From assembly GCA_013265495.1 (NCBI GenBank), contig MU058781.1, forward strand, positions 4,775,050 through 4,839,049: a stretch of 64,000 nucleotides of DNA, given 5' to 3'. Origin of the DNA: Vicugna vicugna (Eukaryota). Below, in pieces: positions 1-14,524 of this stretch (within the stretch, counting starts at the first letter, position 1; each line of letters starts with the position of its first letter). Position numbers and translations under genes: made by a program. The notes under the pieces were generated by a model, which had not been told where the DNA came from, did not search any database, and saw only the letters and a program-made list of their open reading frames with translations.

Positions 1-724
1 GACTGACAAAAACCAGACAGATGTTTACAAACTCACATTCCTGCTTTTGCTCAAACCTGGAATAACCTCCTCAACCCCCTTACAATTCTAATTGGTGGCC
101 TGGATTCCGGCTCCGCTCCCTTTCCCACACTCACTGCATCTTGCCTTGTTGTATAGACACCAATGTGCTTGTACATCCCACTTTCCCTACCAGACTGTAA
201 TCTCTTGGAGGGCGGGGAACCACATCTTTCCATTTTTTATCTGCCACAACAACCACATACAAAGTACACGCTTACATACTGTTGCTGTTTTCCAAATCAT
301 GTTTTCCAAAACAGCAGAAAATGTCTTACTTCAAGCAGACGTATACCCAGACAGCAGGGTGAAGGGTAGGAAGTTGCGAATAACCCTGGGCGCTTAAACG
401 CGTTCCTTATAAGATTTTATGACATATGGGATTTCCACTGGTTAAATAAAGATTTCTTTTTCATGATTGTAGTGTTAAGTTGAGATATCTCAGCATGTTA
501 CTATTCATCCTCTGACATTTTAACTACTATTTCTATCCTCTCATGAAGTCAACAACCCGTACCTGGGTCAGGACACAAGAATATCAAGATGAGCATCAGA
601 TGTGTCTCTGCCCACAAGGAGCTCACCATCCTTGAAAAATGGGGACAGAAAAATAATCAGGGATTACAGTATGAGAATCTGGATGCCAGTGGAATAGACT
701 AGGTGCCTCCCGAATCCTCTAGGT

Positions 725-910
725 CAGAGTTTCTCAAAGCCCAATGTCAAACTTTCTGCAACAAACCCGCTCCTGGGACTTCTTACGCTGCAGACACCTA
801 GCTCCATGTCCGACCCATAGAATCAAGCATGTAGCTTAGAGCTGGGGCTGAAGAGCTTTTAACAAGTGCCCTGAGTTTATGTCATGCACAGTGTATACTA
901 AGAGTTACTA
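725..910. mobile_element. MER5-like hAT (Charlie) MITE
   Basis: CAGAGTTTCTCAAA start, TTTTAACAAGTGCCC internal motif, ~186 bp long, 8-bp flanks CTCTAGGT and CTCTAGTC. Confidence 0.6.
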
Positions 911-3900
911 CTCTAGTCATAAATTCTTGAGATTTGAGTTTGCAGAATATTACAATATGGACATTTCAAAGCCAAAAAGAAAAACCCCCCAAAATTGTTA
1001 AAATCCCAACAAAACGACTCACACTATAAACTCACACTAGCTCATCACGTAATGAAAGGAAACTTCCATGCAGTATTATATTCACTTTCCATGGGCTGCC
1101 AGTTACCAGCATACGTTGTTCTGTTGTTAAACCCTGCAGGAGATGGATGGCCTGCTTGACGAGAAGAGTTTTTTCAGACTGGCAAGTGGCTGGAATGTTG
1201 CCTGGTCCGGGCGCTGGTGAGAGGCTGCACCAGACGTCAGCACATCCGGGTTGCACGGTGAGCTTTCTGTTAACTGCGACCTGCAGTGGTCGTCATCCAG
1301 GCATACGTGGACCCCATGACAAGTAGGTTTTTTCTGACAAAGGGAAAGAAGCAGCAACTATAACATGTGTGTAGTTGAGCTGGAACAAGGTGCTATTGAC
1401 CCAGTCAAAGGATAAAGAAGAAATGTCATCTAATTTCTCCCTTTTCTAAATTCCCTGATAACTAACAAAAAGTTTGTAAAAGGTTAAAAATTAAAAGTCT
1501 GTCTTTCGAACCAGCAGGTTCCAAATCGTTAGGGGACAATGGAACAAGGTTGGCGTTAGAGCTCCAAGCTTTAGCCCCAGGCTGCCTCATGACAGATGTG
1601 GGGGCAAGTCCCCCTACCCCTGGACCTCACCTGTCTGATGCTGTAGCACCCACTCTGCCTCCGGGGTTTTGCTCAGAGCCTCAGTTATGGATGCAAAAGT
1701 ATTTCACATGCTCAAAGTCTGGGCTTCCTATCCAGGGGTCCATGGACCTCCTTCCTTGGCCTCGGCTTCAGGATCTGAGTGAACATCCTGATGTTATAAG
1801 TAAAATCGGGCACATATAGGCATGTGCTTTTATCTGGGGAGAGGGTCTGTAGCTTTCATCAGATTTTCAAAGGAGTCTCTGACCTAAATGAGTATCCTGT
1901 TCCTCTTCTCTCTGTAATTAATTACCAAGTGTTTACTGAGCCTTTACCGTGGAATCTGTCATTAGTGGTGCAGCGAGCCTCCACTTCTCTTCTAAACTTT
2001 GAGCAGTCAAGGAGGATTTACAGGGTTTATATTGGTTTGGGTTTCACTTTATAGGAAGGAGGGGGCGAGAGTCACGCACCAAGAGACGCCTGAGAAGCAT
2101 TACCTCATCTCCGGGGGAATCTAAGCCCACGGGGTTCTCTCCCCCGGCCTCCAACAGGGCAGAGTGGGAGGCTGTCAGGCCTGTTCTAAGCCAGTGTAAC
2201 GTGTTTTCCACTCTAGCAACACCTAACATATGGCGTGTGCACTGATGCTTATGAAAACAGTGATTCATCGTTAATCCTCAAAAAAAAAAAAAGTCGACCC
2301 TATGTGGCCTTGGCTCTCCTCTCTGAATGCCCTTCTGTTCTCCAAAATGTCTGTGTGGTCACCTGCCTCCACCTGGCCCCTTTTGCTCCTTGGTCCTCCT
2401 CCCCTGCCAGCCCCCTCCGGCAGTGGGATCTCCGCCTCCTTCCCTTTCTGTTGCTCTTTCTTCTGCTCCCCCACTGTCACTTCTGGAGATTTCAGCTGCA
2501 CATCCTCAGCCGTCTCTGTAGCATCAAGGCCTTTCCTCTCACTCGCATCCTCGTGCCTGGCCTCAGTGTCCCCCCGCCGACACACCCCTCCCACGCCTGG
2601 TCTGCTCCACACGTTGACCATCCTCCCCTTCGAAGGAAAACCTCCCTACCTGGGTACAAGGGGAGGGAAGAAGGGGAGGGAAGATGTGGGAAAAGTTGGG
2701 TTATGGGATAAGGAGGGGAAAGTTGGGGGAAGAAGAGTAGCAGGATGAAAACACGGAGAATCACTGACTTTCTCCTGCCATTTTGATTTACTTCACAAGG
2801 TCTTTTGTTTGATGCCCAAAAGGCAGAAGGCAAAGGTGTTATATCCTGAGGGAAGACCAAACCTCTCTGGTCTCATAAAAAATGAAAAAAGAGAAGAACA
2901 GAGATACAAGAAAAAGAAAAAGGCGGGGGGATTGTCAGGGAGTGACAGTGAGTGGAGGGTAAGGCTACTTCGTAATCTCCCAGCTTAACTCTTTTTAAAC
3001 CAAAGCTGACCTTCGTCAGTGGGTAGGCAAACAGGACTTGGGGATCAAAAAGAGTCATATCTGGAGACAAAAGCTGCCAATCATTGTCAATGAGATTTGG
3101 GATTAGGGCAGTCTCGAATTATGCAACTGGGTGTGTTCCAAACATTGGTTATTTGTTGGGGTTCAAAACACGTTTTCAAAAAAGGCAGTGTGATTCAGAG
3201 AAGTCAGACCAAACTGAGTGAATCCTGGTTCAATGGAACCTTCATCAAGCCACAACCTCTCAGAGCCTCAGGTGAAGACAAGCACACCTTCTTAAAAGTG
3301 TGTCTCTACCGCAGGCTTGTGCCAAATAATACGTCTTAAGCTCCTGGCATACAGTAGATTCTCAATAAATTATGATTATTATTACTACTACTATTATTAA
3401 AATTCTGCTATATGTGGCAGTTAGAATCACAGGGAAAGCCACCATAGCTAATAACCTGCAATCTGTACTTCACAATGCTTCTAGAGGGGAATATCCTGAG
3501 TTCAGCCCCCAGGGGTAGGAGTCAGTGCTTCTCCAGGTACAGCCTCTGCTGGACTCTGCACTGCAGGCTGGGTGGAGGGGTGGGTATCCAGCAGGTTGGG
3601 GGTAGAGAGAGCCAACCTCATACGTGGTGGTCAAGTTTCTAAGCCTCAATTTTTCATCTGTAGAAAAAGGAGAGTAATGTACACTGTACACAGGTTGGAA
3701 GATTAACAATTGACCAGTTTTCCAAACCTGTGTTTTCTGTAACATGAGCTTTCTAGGATATTAATAGGTATTACCAAAATGGAGAGACGCTGGGTCTCAT
3801 ACATCCTTGTACATACGTAGAAACAGGCAAATCTGCAGTATCTACCAACATTGCAAATGCACATACCTTTGGATACAGCAATCCTGCTAATGAGATGAGG

Positions 3901-5423
3901 GGGAGAGATTAAATTGATTTCCTATTGCAGGACTTCTTCAAGACAGGAATGTGACATGTAGCTTTTCTCAAACACATTTAAATCCAGGCCCCTTTTCTTG
4001 TAGACCGTCTCCTGGGACTAGTGTTCCAAAGAAGACATTTGGAAACACTAAATTACATCATGCATGTGCGAGCTGGTACAGATGGCACTCCATAAGCCTT
4101 TTATTTTCTTCTGATGGTCCCAGGATTAGCCCTAGACCTCCTATCCCATCCCATCTGTTCCTTATGACCAAAGTCTCTCTTCTCCCTGGTCTGCTACAGA
4201 ATACGATATGGTCCAGTAACTTCTCCCAGCCTCCCGTCTCTGAAGTGTAGAGTCCCTTAGAGGCTTTCTAAGGATCTTCACTGCGTATAGCGGTAAGAAA
4301 TGAAGAACAGAAACATTTTCTCCTCGAACTTCTTTCTCTTTATTCGCTTCGTCTCTGTACGGAATGACCAGGTCAAATACAGTTTCGAAAATAAAGGTGA
4401 ACATAAAAGACTCAGTGTGAAACTCATCTACTTTGCAAAGAAAAGTTAGATAATATATCATGGTCCTTCAACAGAAAAAGTAAGGGAGCATGGCTTGTAA
4501 ACTAAAACACCAATCAGAACAGAGGCTGAGAACCACAGCAGTCAGCTAGAAGGCTCTTCGCGAGGGAGTTCCCCTTTCCTGTCTTGAGTCATCCTTAGTC
4601 TTCTCCCCCAGGGTCTGATGTGATGCCAGTGAGAAAAATGCGGAAGTGGTCAAGGTAAGGAGGACGAAGAGGAGGGAGGCAGGGGAGCGGTGGGTTTTAA
4701 AAGGGAAGCTGCTGTATGCTGTGTATGATGGAGGTGGGTGATGCCTACACAGTAGGTCTGAAATAAATCCCTGAATGAATGAATGAATGAATGAACGAAC
4801 CAGCTAGACATAAATTGAGTACAAATCAGAAAATCATAGTCAGTGTCTTCAGATTAAGAAAATCAAGGTTTTGGCAAGAGTCAGATCCAGTTGAGCAAGG
4901 CTGCCTTGGTTGACCAGGTAAGCTGTGTCCCAGTAGCAGTGAGACGCTCTGATAAGAGAAACACCCAGCCATCGCTTTTGTTCCAGTTCCTTCTCAAATC
5001 CCAGCAGGTGCCTGGGGGAAGGTCATTCTTTCAGCATTTGTCAACAGATCTGAATTTTACCCTAATATGCTCAGAGAGGCTTTCTCTTTCATTGTTTGGT
5101 TTCCACCCCCTCTGAGTATTGCCCGGTACCCACCTAGACAGCAGAGATCTTCACCAACTAGCCAGCCATCAGGGGTTTGGCGCTGTGACTGTGGACTCTC
5201 TGATATTCCTTGAATATGAAACAAACACAATGGAGACTCAATGTGTTACTATTGTCTAACATAGACAGGAGGAAAAGAAAATTTAACTGTAGGCACAACT
5301 GAAAATATCAACATTTACAAAGGACTCCAATTACCATAGTTAATGATTGTGGAGTATCTTACAGAAGATGATGGAATGCCATACAACAGATGAAGGCTGT
5401 ATACTATGTTTTTTTAAGGAAAT

Positions 5424-5497
5424 TTTTTTTTTGAAGCATAGTCAGTTTACAATGTTGTATCAATTTCTGGTGGACAGCATAATGTTTCATGCATATA
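5424..5497 (-). mobile_element. LINE-1 extreme 3' end fragment
   Basis: T-run followed by GAAGCATAGTCAGTTTACAATGTTGTATCAATTTCTGGTG, shared with the L1 ends at 10686, 20910 and 33001. Confidence 0.7.
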
Positions 5498-6390
5498 ACC
5501 TTAAAAGTACATGGAAACTCTGACACACATGATAAAAAGGAAATGTTGTTTGGCCTAGAAAGACAGATTTAAATGTCAATATATTTGTTTAAGTAAAATA
5601 TAATTAGGAAGATGAATCTTTAACAAGCAAAATAGGACCTATATTCAAACCCAAAGAAAAATTTTAAATTAATCATTGATTTGAATTACGAATACAAATT
5701 CCCCCACATTTCACTGTAAATGATTGAGAGTTAACTGGTGATTTAAAGTTTTTTTTTTCTTTTTCAGAATAAAGGAATGAGTTTAACTCAAAAATTTAAC
5801 TAATGATAACTTTCTGTTAAGTACAATTAAAATAAAGGGATTAAGAAGACTAACATAAAGAAATAAAAACTAGTAACAGGAAGATTTAAAATCTGACTTT
5901 GTGGGTAAACTAAAGTCACGCTTTCCTAATCAAGGATGAATCTAAGGAACACAATTCTGATTGAAAAACCAACACATGCTTCTCCAGAAACTGCTCGATT
6001 TTTTTTTTTAACTCCAACAACTTTTGATCTGAGTTCCTCTTCTTTACTGAAAGATAACATCTACTTTTTCAAATCACTTCTGTTGGTTAAGATTAATGAG
6101 TTGGAAGAAGGTGATCCTGGACAATTCTGCCTCCAGCTGTGGCAGATTAATCTGTAACAGACTAACACTCCCCCTAGGAACAATTGGAAAAAGTGGTGAT
6201 AGGGAAGAAGAGCCTGTCTGAGGGCATCAGAGAGGTACTGAGGCACCTCGGACCAGAGAGGGCAAAGTTCCAGACAGCGGGGAATCCTAGGTGTGGGCCT
6301 GATATTTGTCAACTAAAGCAGCTTTCTCTTCAGGGCATTTGATGATTCAAAACAGCAGAATAGGGGTCAAGAAAAAAAAGAAAAGAAAGA

Positions 6391-6500
6391 GGGGAGGGGA
6401 TAGCTCAAGCTCAAGTCCTAGGTTCAAGCCCCGGTACCTCCTCTAAAAGTAAATAAATAAACCTAATTACCTCCTCCCTGCCAAAAAGAATTTTTTAAAA
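6391..6500 (+). mobile_element. tRNA-Ala-derived SINE (camelid Vic-1-like), internally deleted
   Basis: GGGGAGGGGATAGCTCAAG...GGTTCAAGCCCCGGTACCTCC followed by the shared tail TAAATAAACCTAATTACCTCC; the anticodon-arm segment is missing. Confidence 0.8.
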
Positions 6501-6789
6501 AGAAAATCCGAAATCTGTGTGTTATCAGTTGATGCAGCAATTTCATTAAAATGTCTAACTTCAGCCAAATGTGTATTACTCAGCAGCAACGAGAAAGGCA
6601 TTACCAGCCTCTCCAGGTGAACACTCCCTTGATGTTATGCCCAGCATTCATCTGGAGCTGTCGATTGTCTCCTGAGCCACAATCATAATTGAATATCTCA
6701 CAGCCTTGACAAAATAAATCTTGTACGCTAACTCTGTGAATAGTCCGATGACCAAAGGGAAAGAGCTTTACAAAGGCACGAGAAAGTCA

Positions 6790-7200
6790 TTGCAGGTTGG
6801 GCTTCCCAGAGGCAGCTGCTGAGATGGAGTTTGGGGGACAAAAATGTTTACTTAATGACCAGCCCCGTGAAAAGAAGCTGGGACGAAGGAACGGGCAGAG
6901 AGGGGAGTTGAAGTGTGATGTGGGCTCAGTAAAGTTTCACTTAACCAGGCAGGAATATAGTACCCCTCTAAGTTGGCTCCCACTGGGCCAAAATAGCCAG
7001 ACCTTTAAGTCCTTTATTCAGTCATGGGATTCAGAATACCCCGCTACGGCATGACCTCAGACCAGGTGGCTCTCTGCGGATAAAGCAGACCCTGGAGGAG
7101 CTGACAGCTAAGGGCTTTCTTCTGACTCTACTCGCTACAGCTGGGCCGCAAACCTTCCCTTGGAGGTGGAGCTAGCTCCTGCATTCCCCTATTTCCCGGA
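6790..7200 (-). mobile_element. ERVL solo LTR (LTR16-like)
   Basis: AGGTTGGGCTTCCCAGAGGCAG...CTGAGATGGAGTTTG...GGGCAGAGAGGGGAGTTGAAGTGTGATG...GGTGGCTCTCTGC; a related element lies at ~39590. Confidence 0.55.
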
Positions 7201-9000
7201 GCAGCGAGGCCAAGAACTGTAGCATGGGATACTAGTGGGGGATGGAGTCCGGGAGGGTGCCACCCAGGCAGATGATTCATTCAACAATCCCCAGACGTTC
7301 ACTGCATTCTTATTCTGGGTCTAGAACTCTGCTGGGTACTGTGGATCCAGAGAGGAGGCTTACATACCCCCTACCCTCGAAAGACATCCACTCAAGCCGG
7401 AGAGAGCAGCCCTGCAGTAAGTACTCTGAGAGAAGAAAGCACGACCGGAGGAGGGAGGTGCTGTGGGATGGAGGAGGGGCACCTCACCCAGCCAAGGTGG
7501 GGAAAGGGTTGGAATCTTCTCAACTTCCCACCTAAGTGCTTTCTGGACAAGTGTGTCTGCCATGGAACTAAGCATAAGTGACTCTCTATCGGGGAGCAGA
7601 CCTGGGTGATTTTATGGAAACAGTGAAACATAAGGGGCAAAGACGCTTGGCCGTCATCCCCAATAGTCACATGATGGCGAATCACCGTCAACTTCCCTAG
7701 GCTTTGTTTTTCATCTGTAACAAAGGGGAACTCTATTTCAAAGAACAAATTAATTCCCATGAAATGTGTTCCCTGTAATTACAAAACTTGGTCAGGATTA
7801 TATAGAATCTGATCTTGGTTCTTCCGGTCGCAGAAGGCTCAGTAAGTTCAATGTACAGAGTCTACAGAAGTAGCTGAGAAGGGAGCTATTTTTGTCTGTT
7901 TTGCTTATAGCTATGTCCAAGCTTCTACAAGGGGGCCTGGCACAAATCGGAAATTCAATATTTATAAAGTCAGTTACTGAGCAGAAGTATGATCACCTCC
8001 AGCCTGCTGCTTCCCCCCACCCCTTCTTCCTTTCTCCCATCCTCCTCCTACCTAGGACCACCTCTGAGCTAAGGCTGTGGACTAAAACACCTGCAAGCAG
8101 CTTCTCCAAGTGGCCAGGGCTTCCTCGCAGCATGGTGCCTGGGTTCCCAAGGGGAGCATCCTGAGAAAGAGGGAGGGAGCCAGACAGAAGCCATACTGCT
8201 GTTTGTGACATTGCCTTAGAGGTCAAACTGTATCACTTTCTCTGCATGCTATTTGTCGAGGCACTTACAAAGATTTTCTTACAAAGAGTTCAAAGGTAGG
8301 GAACATACCTTCTCAAAAGGAGGAATGTCAACATCACATTACAAAAAAAAAAAACATTGGGATGGGGTGATCCAGACATAGATACAGATATGGCATATTG
8401 TATTATCTAAGGGATATACACACACACACACATACACACCATTAATGCTCAAACCTTCCCTTCCATTTGCATTGTCAGACGTCCCCCACTGGAACCTGCA
8501 CATTCCTTGTGCAGTGTTCAGAAGCTCTGCAAAGAAAATATGGACAGAACAGCTCTCATTCCCACTCCTGCCCCAATTCAGAGCTGGGTGTGAGTGGGGG
8601 GGGTCGGGGCCTGCAAAAGTGGGACATTAGGAATGTTTATCTCAGCAAGCAGAGGACTCACCTGGGCTCTGGGTGACTTAGGAGCAAAGCCACACACAGT
8701 CATCTCCACTGTCACCGTGTCAGCATACCATCCATGTCTGTCCCTTTTAGTCCTCAATTTCATTGTTTGTTTGTCATACGTGTTTGCTTTATGTTATAGG
8801 GAATAAATCCACTTGGGAAAGAAGATCTTACTGAACAGTAAAGCTCCAGTTTCATTTATTTATGATGGTGCCTGTGGCATCACTGGAAATCTTAAGCTGA
8901 ATTCACTGATGCTGGGAGGCCCATCTGACAGAAAGTGAATTTCAGATCAAGTCATACTCAGACAGTAACTCACCTCAAAGTCAGGGTACAATTCAATTCT

Positions 9001-9097
9001 TTTTTTTTTTTTTCCTAAATGGATGTACTGGGGATTGAACCCAGGCCCTCGTCCATGCTAAGCACGGGCTGTACCAATGAGCTAAACCCATCCCCCC
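9001..9097 (-). mobile_element. tRNA-Ala-derived SINE, short form lacking the CCTAATTACC tail
   Basis: Reverse complement reads ...TAGCTCATTGGTACAGCCCGTGCTTAGCATGGACGAGGGCCTGGGTTCAATCCCCAGTACATCCATTTAGG then poly(A); flanks CA(A/G)TTCTTTTT. Confidence 0.8.
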
Positions 9098-10685
9098 AGT
9101 TCTTTTTGATATCAATGAATGTATTCTTTAGCTAGAGTTAAAACAATCTAAAACTATCTTCGAACAACATGACTGGACTGAAATAACGCCCAGAGTACTT
9201 AGGTTGGAAAAAATGGCATTATTCAATTTCCAAATATAGTCCCTCAAATAATGACCTTGAAGAACTTGTTCTTATTTTATTATTGGTGTGGCTTCGTAAT
9301 TGTCCTTTATGTTCTCTCTTTATTTCTTTGTGGGAAGATGGGGAAGGGGTAACCAATACAAAAGCAAAGTCAGCAACTTACCTTAAGCCATAACTACTTT
9401 TCTGTATCCTAAACCCTCAAGAGGGGTTTCTGAAGAAAAAGAAGATTGGGGGTGGAATTAAACCTTATCCAGTGGAATTCAGAGAGCTAGAAATAAAATG
9501 GCCTTAAAAGTTGTAACAGATACCTTTCTGGTTTATGACCACATTCCCTAACATCTGTTGAGGGACGTTTTCTGACCAAAGGGCCTGTCAGTATCAATAA
9601 GGAAAGACGCGTTCCTTGTTGTTCTAGAATCTACAGTGTCTAGGGTTATTGAAATGGATATATACTGTGGTTCATACCAGAGGATGGAGAGGGAGACTAC
9701 AGACGGAAGGAAAAGGGGAGTGTGGATTAAAGTGTGCAGTTGCCCCTGGCCCTGCTTTGAACTCTCCCTGGCTTTTTGGAACTTAACCAAGATCAAACAG
9801 GCAGTGGCAGCCAGCTCAAGGCCTCTGGTCCTCTGTATAAATTTAGGAGTAGATTTTGAGGTTAAGATTATGAAGTTTTGTGGTAACTATAAACTGAAAA
9901 GTATTGCAGTCACCTTTTCTATTCCCCAAAGAAAGAAGAAATACCCAGCCATGTAATGAAACTCCTTTCAATCTGACCATTGTGTTAGGAACAGATTTCA
10001 CACTGAGCAAATCTTTGCAACCAGACTCAAATGTTTCCCATTAAGGCCGTGCATGGGTATAAATGTGCAAGGGCCTGCAGCCGAGTGTGCAATTCTCCAA
10101 GCAAATGCACACACTTGGTGACTTGGATAGAGTATTAAAAGCAGATCCATGTTTGAACACTTGTTTGTAATACACACATTCTGCCGTTGCTTAGGGCCTA
10201 GGCAATGTGAAAGCAAAGTCCCTAAACCATCTAACTGGTGTTGGGGGGTGGGTGCTGTCTGATTAGATGGAACATGTGTGGCTCAAATTGTTGCAGCCTT
10301 AATGCCTGGAATCAGAATTGCTCCTTTGCAGTGGCTACAACGGATCTTACTAGACTCTTCACAGTTTAGCAACTTTTGCTTCAATGTAAAACAAGTGCTA
10401 AAATGTGGAGTTTAAAATGATACACCAAATGTTAGACTGTCAAAGGAGAGATTCTAGCAGAAAGCAATTTTCCCTAAAGTTGAAGGAAAGTACATTAACA
10501 GAAAGTTTCAATTTGCTATAAGATAGATCTTATTTGGATTATTTTGGGGGTGAAGGGGGGAACTTTCCCTCCCCTTATCTCAGAGTAAATGTCAAAACCA
10601 AGTACTTCTTACAAAATAACTGCATGCAAGGGGGTGTTGAGTCAAATGAAAGTCCCCAGGTGTAACTGCAATGATGCTAATGAGA

Positions 10686-10868
10686 TAAATTTATACTGTG
10701 TAGCACAGGGAACCGTGTTCAATATCTTGTAGTAATTTATGGTGAAAATAGAATATGAAAACGAATATATGTATGTTCCTATATGACTGAAGCATTGTGC
10801 TGTACACCGGAAATTGACACAATATTGTAAACTGACTATACTTCAATAAGAATACTTTTTTTAAAAAA
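10686..10868 (+). mobile_element. 5'-truncated LINE-1 3' end (artiodactyl type)
   Basis: TAGCACAGGGAAC...TGCTGTACACCGGAAATTGACACAATATTGTAAACTGACTATACTTCAATAA plus A tail; TSD ATGCTAATGAGA at 10674-10685 and 10873-10884. Confidence 0.85.
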
Positions 10869-11364
10869 AATAATGCTAATGAGAACAGAAACAAGGGCAT
10901 TTATAAGCCGCTTTCACCCCAGACTTCAGGAAAGTTCACAGATGGTATCTTATGAATCCATTTTGGAAAAATGGGCATTGCTATCTCTACTTTATCAGTG
11001 GGGAAATCAAGGCATCCAAAGAGAACCTGCCAATGTCGTAAGACTCCTCAGAGCCACCACCAGGAGGGAGAGCCCCTAACAGAGCGTGCTGTCTCAGGCC
11101 CGAGCTCATCTAAGAGGCCACTTTATGTTCTCAGCTCAGAGAGCGACTTTGTGCGCACACGTGCTACGAGTAACTTTTGCAGATAAAGTACTAGCTGAGG
11201 GAAGTGGCAAAATAAGAGGAAAAAAGAATAAAGAGAAAAATGAAGGCTGATCTGTGACTCCTCAAAAAAATTTATTTCTACAATTGTTCAGAAGGAGACC
11301 GTGTTTCGGAGACATAATTTAATACAATTTGTGTGACTCAAATACATACTTGTAAAATTTCCCC

Positions 11365-11610
11365 ATTTTTTAAGTTGAAGCATAGCTGACTTATAATATG
11401 TGTTAATTTTAGCTGTATAGCAAAGTAACTCATCTTTTTTTTCAGATTATTTTCCATTCCAGGATTACAAGATATTGTTACAAGATACAAGTTCCCGGTG
11501 CTTTACAGTAAATCCTTGTTGCTTATCTGTTTTATGTTTACTAGTTTGTATCTGTTAATCCCATACTCCTAATTTATCCCCCACCCCAGTTTCCCTTTTC
11601 TAATCGCAGA
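11365..11610 (-). mobile_element. LINE-1 3' end, older artiodactyl-type subfamily
   Basis: TTGAAGCATAGCTGACTTATAAT...TTACAAGATATTG...AGTTCCCGGTGCTTTACAGTA...CTCCTAATTTATCCC. Confidence 0.7.
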
Positions 11611-14524
11611 ATTTAAAATTATATTGAATACTCTTACCTAATATGTCAAACTTACTACATTGGCCTTCAGTAATTTAAAGTGACACTTTAAATTGATTTC
11701 AGTGTGTATTATGTTATACAAATATAGTATATTGTTACTCTCATATACTGATATCAAAAAACATACACAGAAAAAAGACATTTCCACTACATGATATGTT
11801 CAGACTTTGGAGAGTTGATTTGCAGTGTTATAGGAATTACTTCAGTTTGTCTGGAATTCATCCAAAGAGCTACTTCTCCTTGGTTGGTTTGTTTGTTTTC
11901 CTTCAACTTAAATTTTCTTATTTGCTTACAGTACAAGTGGTTAGAATAAGTACAGGGAGAAAAGGTGACATTTTTGTCCCCTGAGAACATAACCAGCATT
12001 CAGTGGAACTCCCCTTTCTTCTACCCTCCCCCCATTCTTTTTGGTCCCAACTCCAGCCGTCTCAGGCTATCACCAAGATGCTCAAGACTCCCGTTTAAGG
12101 TGTTACTGGCGCAGCAGTACATACATTGTAACAGCTAGACTTTGCAGGCCTAACAATTTTCCAGGGTCCAAAGGCCATCATTTGTAACGGTAGGATTTCA
12201 GGTACGTTGACAGGTGGTAGGGAGCCATTTTTGAAACCAGAGTCGATTCCCCTCAATTCATGTTACAGAAGTAACTTCTTATGTGTAAGGCAAGTTCTGA
12301 GTACAGGTTTTGATTACTTTTCAGCTTGACTTAAATTTTAGAAACCTAACAAAGCCGGAAAGTAGTCTACTAAAAATGAGGGTCATGGACTCTCCCGGTC
12401 CTTGAAATTCAAGCTAGAGACAGATGATCCCCTTAGACCTCAGGGGCCCACCTTCCCCCCACTCCCCACCACTGCTACAGGGAAAAGAGGGGGCAGGAAG
12501 CAAAGGAAAAAGAACTGCTGATGGGGCGACAGGATTTACCAGGAAGCGGTGCCCCTCATAGAACCTCTCTAGACACTCAGATGGCCGACGTCTGCAGGTT
12601 CACAAAGAACCCTTCCTCCCCCAATAAAGTGAAGGTGCCCTGGTAAAGGGTCATGTCTTATCCAATAACTTAACAGCATATCTCAACACCTACGACAGAA
12701 GTACTTAAGGTGTTTGGTAAAACTCCAGATTCCTGGACCTCCACACAGAATCACTGGATCAGAATCCTGGACCCCAGGGCGCAGGAATCTGAATTTTTAA
12801 CCCAACATCTCCTGTGATCCTTGTGCACAGTAACATGTGAGAACCTCAGGCTTAGAGCTGGAGAGGAAGAGAGAGGAAGCAAGGACAGAAGAGGTGGGCC
12901 CAGGGCTGTATGTGGAATCGGAGGTAAACATCATAAAGTATGGCCTGTTTGACAATTTAAGCCAGTCTTGGAAGGCACCGGGGAGGCCAAAAAGGAAAAT
13001 CAATGAGAGAAAAAGGAAAGAAAGAGGGCCCAGGTTTTATAGACCTGCCATGGAACTCTGAAATGTTGTCCTCATTAACTAGGTCTCTGCCACTTGACAA
13101 GGAAGGAGTTTTGTGGTGTCTCTCCCTTTCTTGTCTGTTTTCTTTTTATATAAAAAGATTCCTTATCCAATACACAGAATTTTGCTAAGGAAACATGGGT
13201 TTTGTGAATGCCTCATACTTAAGAATCCATATCTTTCCCCGTATTAGTTCCTTCAAGGATTTCAACAAAGGTGGGTTGTTTTTTTTTTTTTAATAACATC
13301 TTAAAATAAGCAAAACATTTTATTCACACAAATATCTTTCACTAACTCTACCCAATATTAGAAGCTTTGTAGGCTCCAAAGACTATCATGATTAACCTTC
13401 TTCGGATAAAACTTTAGGGATGTGCTTTGAACCCACAAAAGAAATTAAATGCACAGTTAAGACTGATTTTCATCATCAAGTTGCAACAGGGAATTGTCTT
13501 CAAAGCCATCTCCTGCTGCCTTCATTAGAGTCTTGATCTCTTGCTGCAAATTTATATTCCTTTGTGGGTTTAAGGCAGATATTGGATATCCTTTTAATCT
13601 ATATTTATTAAGTGAGCTATTGACGAGTCTCATTCTGGCACAAATTCATGAGCAATGTTCCCGTGACCACTCTAGTGGGAGTCTTAAGTGAATACAACAA
13701 CTTCAGGATAAGTGGCCATTTTTCACAAGGTAAATGGGTATTTTTTTTTAATTATGCAAGTTAAAAACACATATCAAAATACACTTTGACTTGTTTCACA
13801 AGCCCCGGTCAACCAGCAAAAAAAAAAAAAAAAGCCAATAATAGAACTCCAAAAGAGACATTTGCTCCCTACCCTGCTCCTCACCACCACTCTTTCCTTT
13901 TCCAGATAGCCTCTCCCAATTTAGGATATTCTGTATGTATCTAAGCCAAGCTCCTGATTGGAAGAAATTCTGACCTAGAGAGGAGAGACAGTTTGCCTGA
14001 TTGCTCTCAGATTTATTTACTGCCCCTCTGTCCTACATCACAGGGGAACTGAGCTGCTGAGCTGTGCAAACTCCATCTCTCAGGGCCCCTTGCCACTGGC
14101 TGGATGGAGACAGGGGAGCAGAAGGAATGGAGAAGTCACAATATTTCTCCCCCTTCATCTCTGTCTTTAGTAGCATCTTTGGCCATGGCTCCATCTCCTC
14201 CATGGTTGCAGCTCCCCCAGGGCAGCCTCCCACTGGCTGAACCTAGCTGGAGGCCAGTCAGCAAGGGAGCCTGGGAGATGCTTTTGCTGATCAGCCCATT
14301 GTGAGTGATCCAGAGCAGATGAGGTGACGTATGGGTCCTGGATCCGAGAACAAACAGCCGAAGGACAGCACAGAGGGCTGAACTAAGACTCACTGGGCTC
14401 CTCTTTAGCTTGGTAGGGAGAAGACTGACAGCTGACTCCAGTGCAGCCACTCAGCATTAATGATGCATTTACCATGTGTCAGGAGCTGTGCTAATGTCTA
14501 AGATAGACACCATGTTGTCCCAGC

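Noticed and set aside
2235..2860. Stack of overlapping ORFs next to an A13 run, suggesting a processed pseudogene
   Set aside because: Pyrimidine-rich low-complexity sequence with no recognisable protein and no TSD found; a translated search would be needed to revive it.
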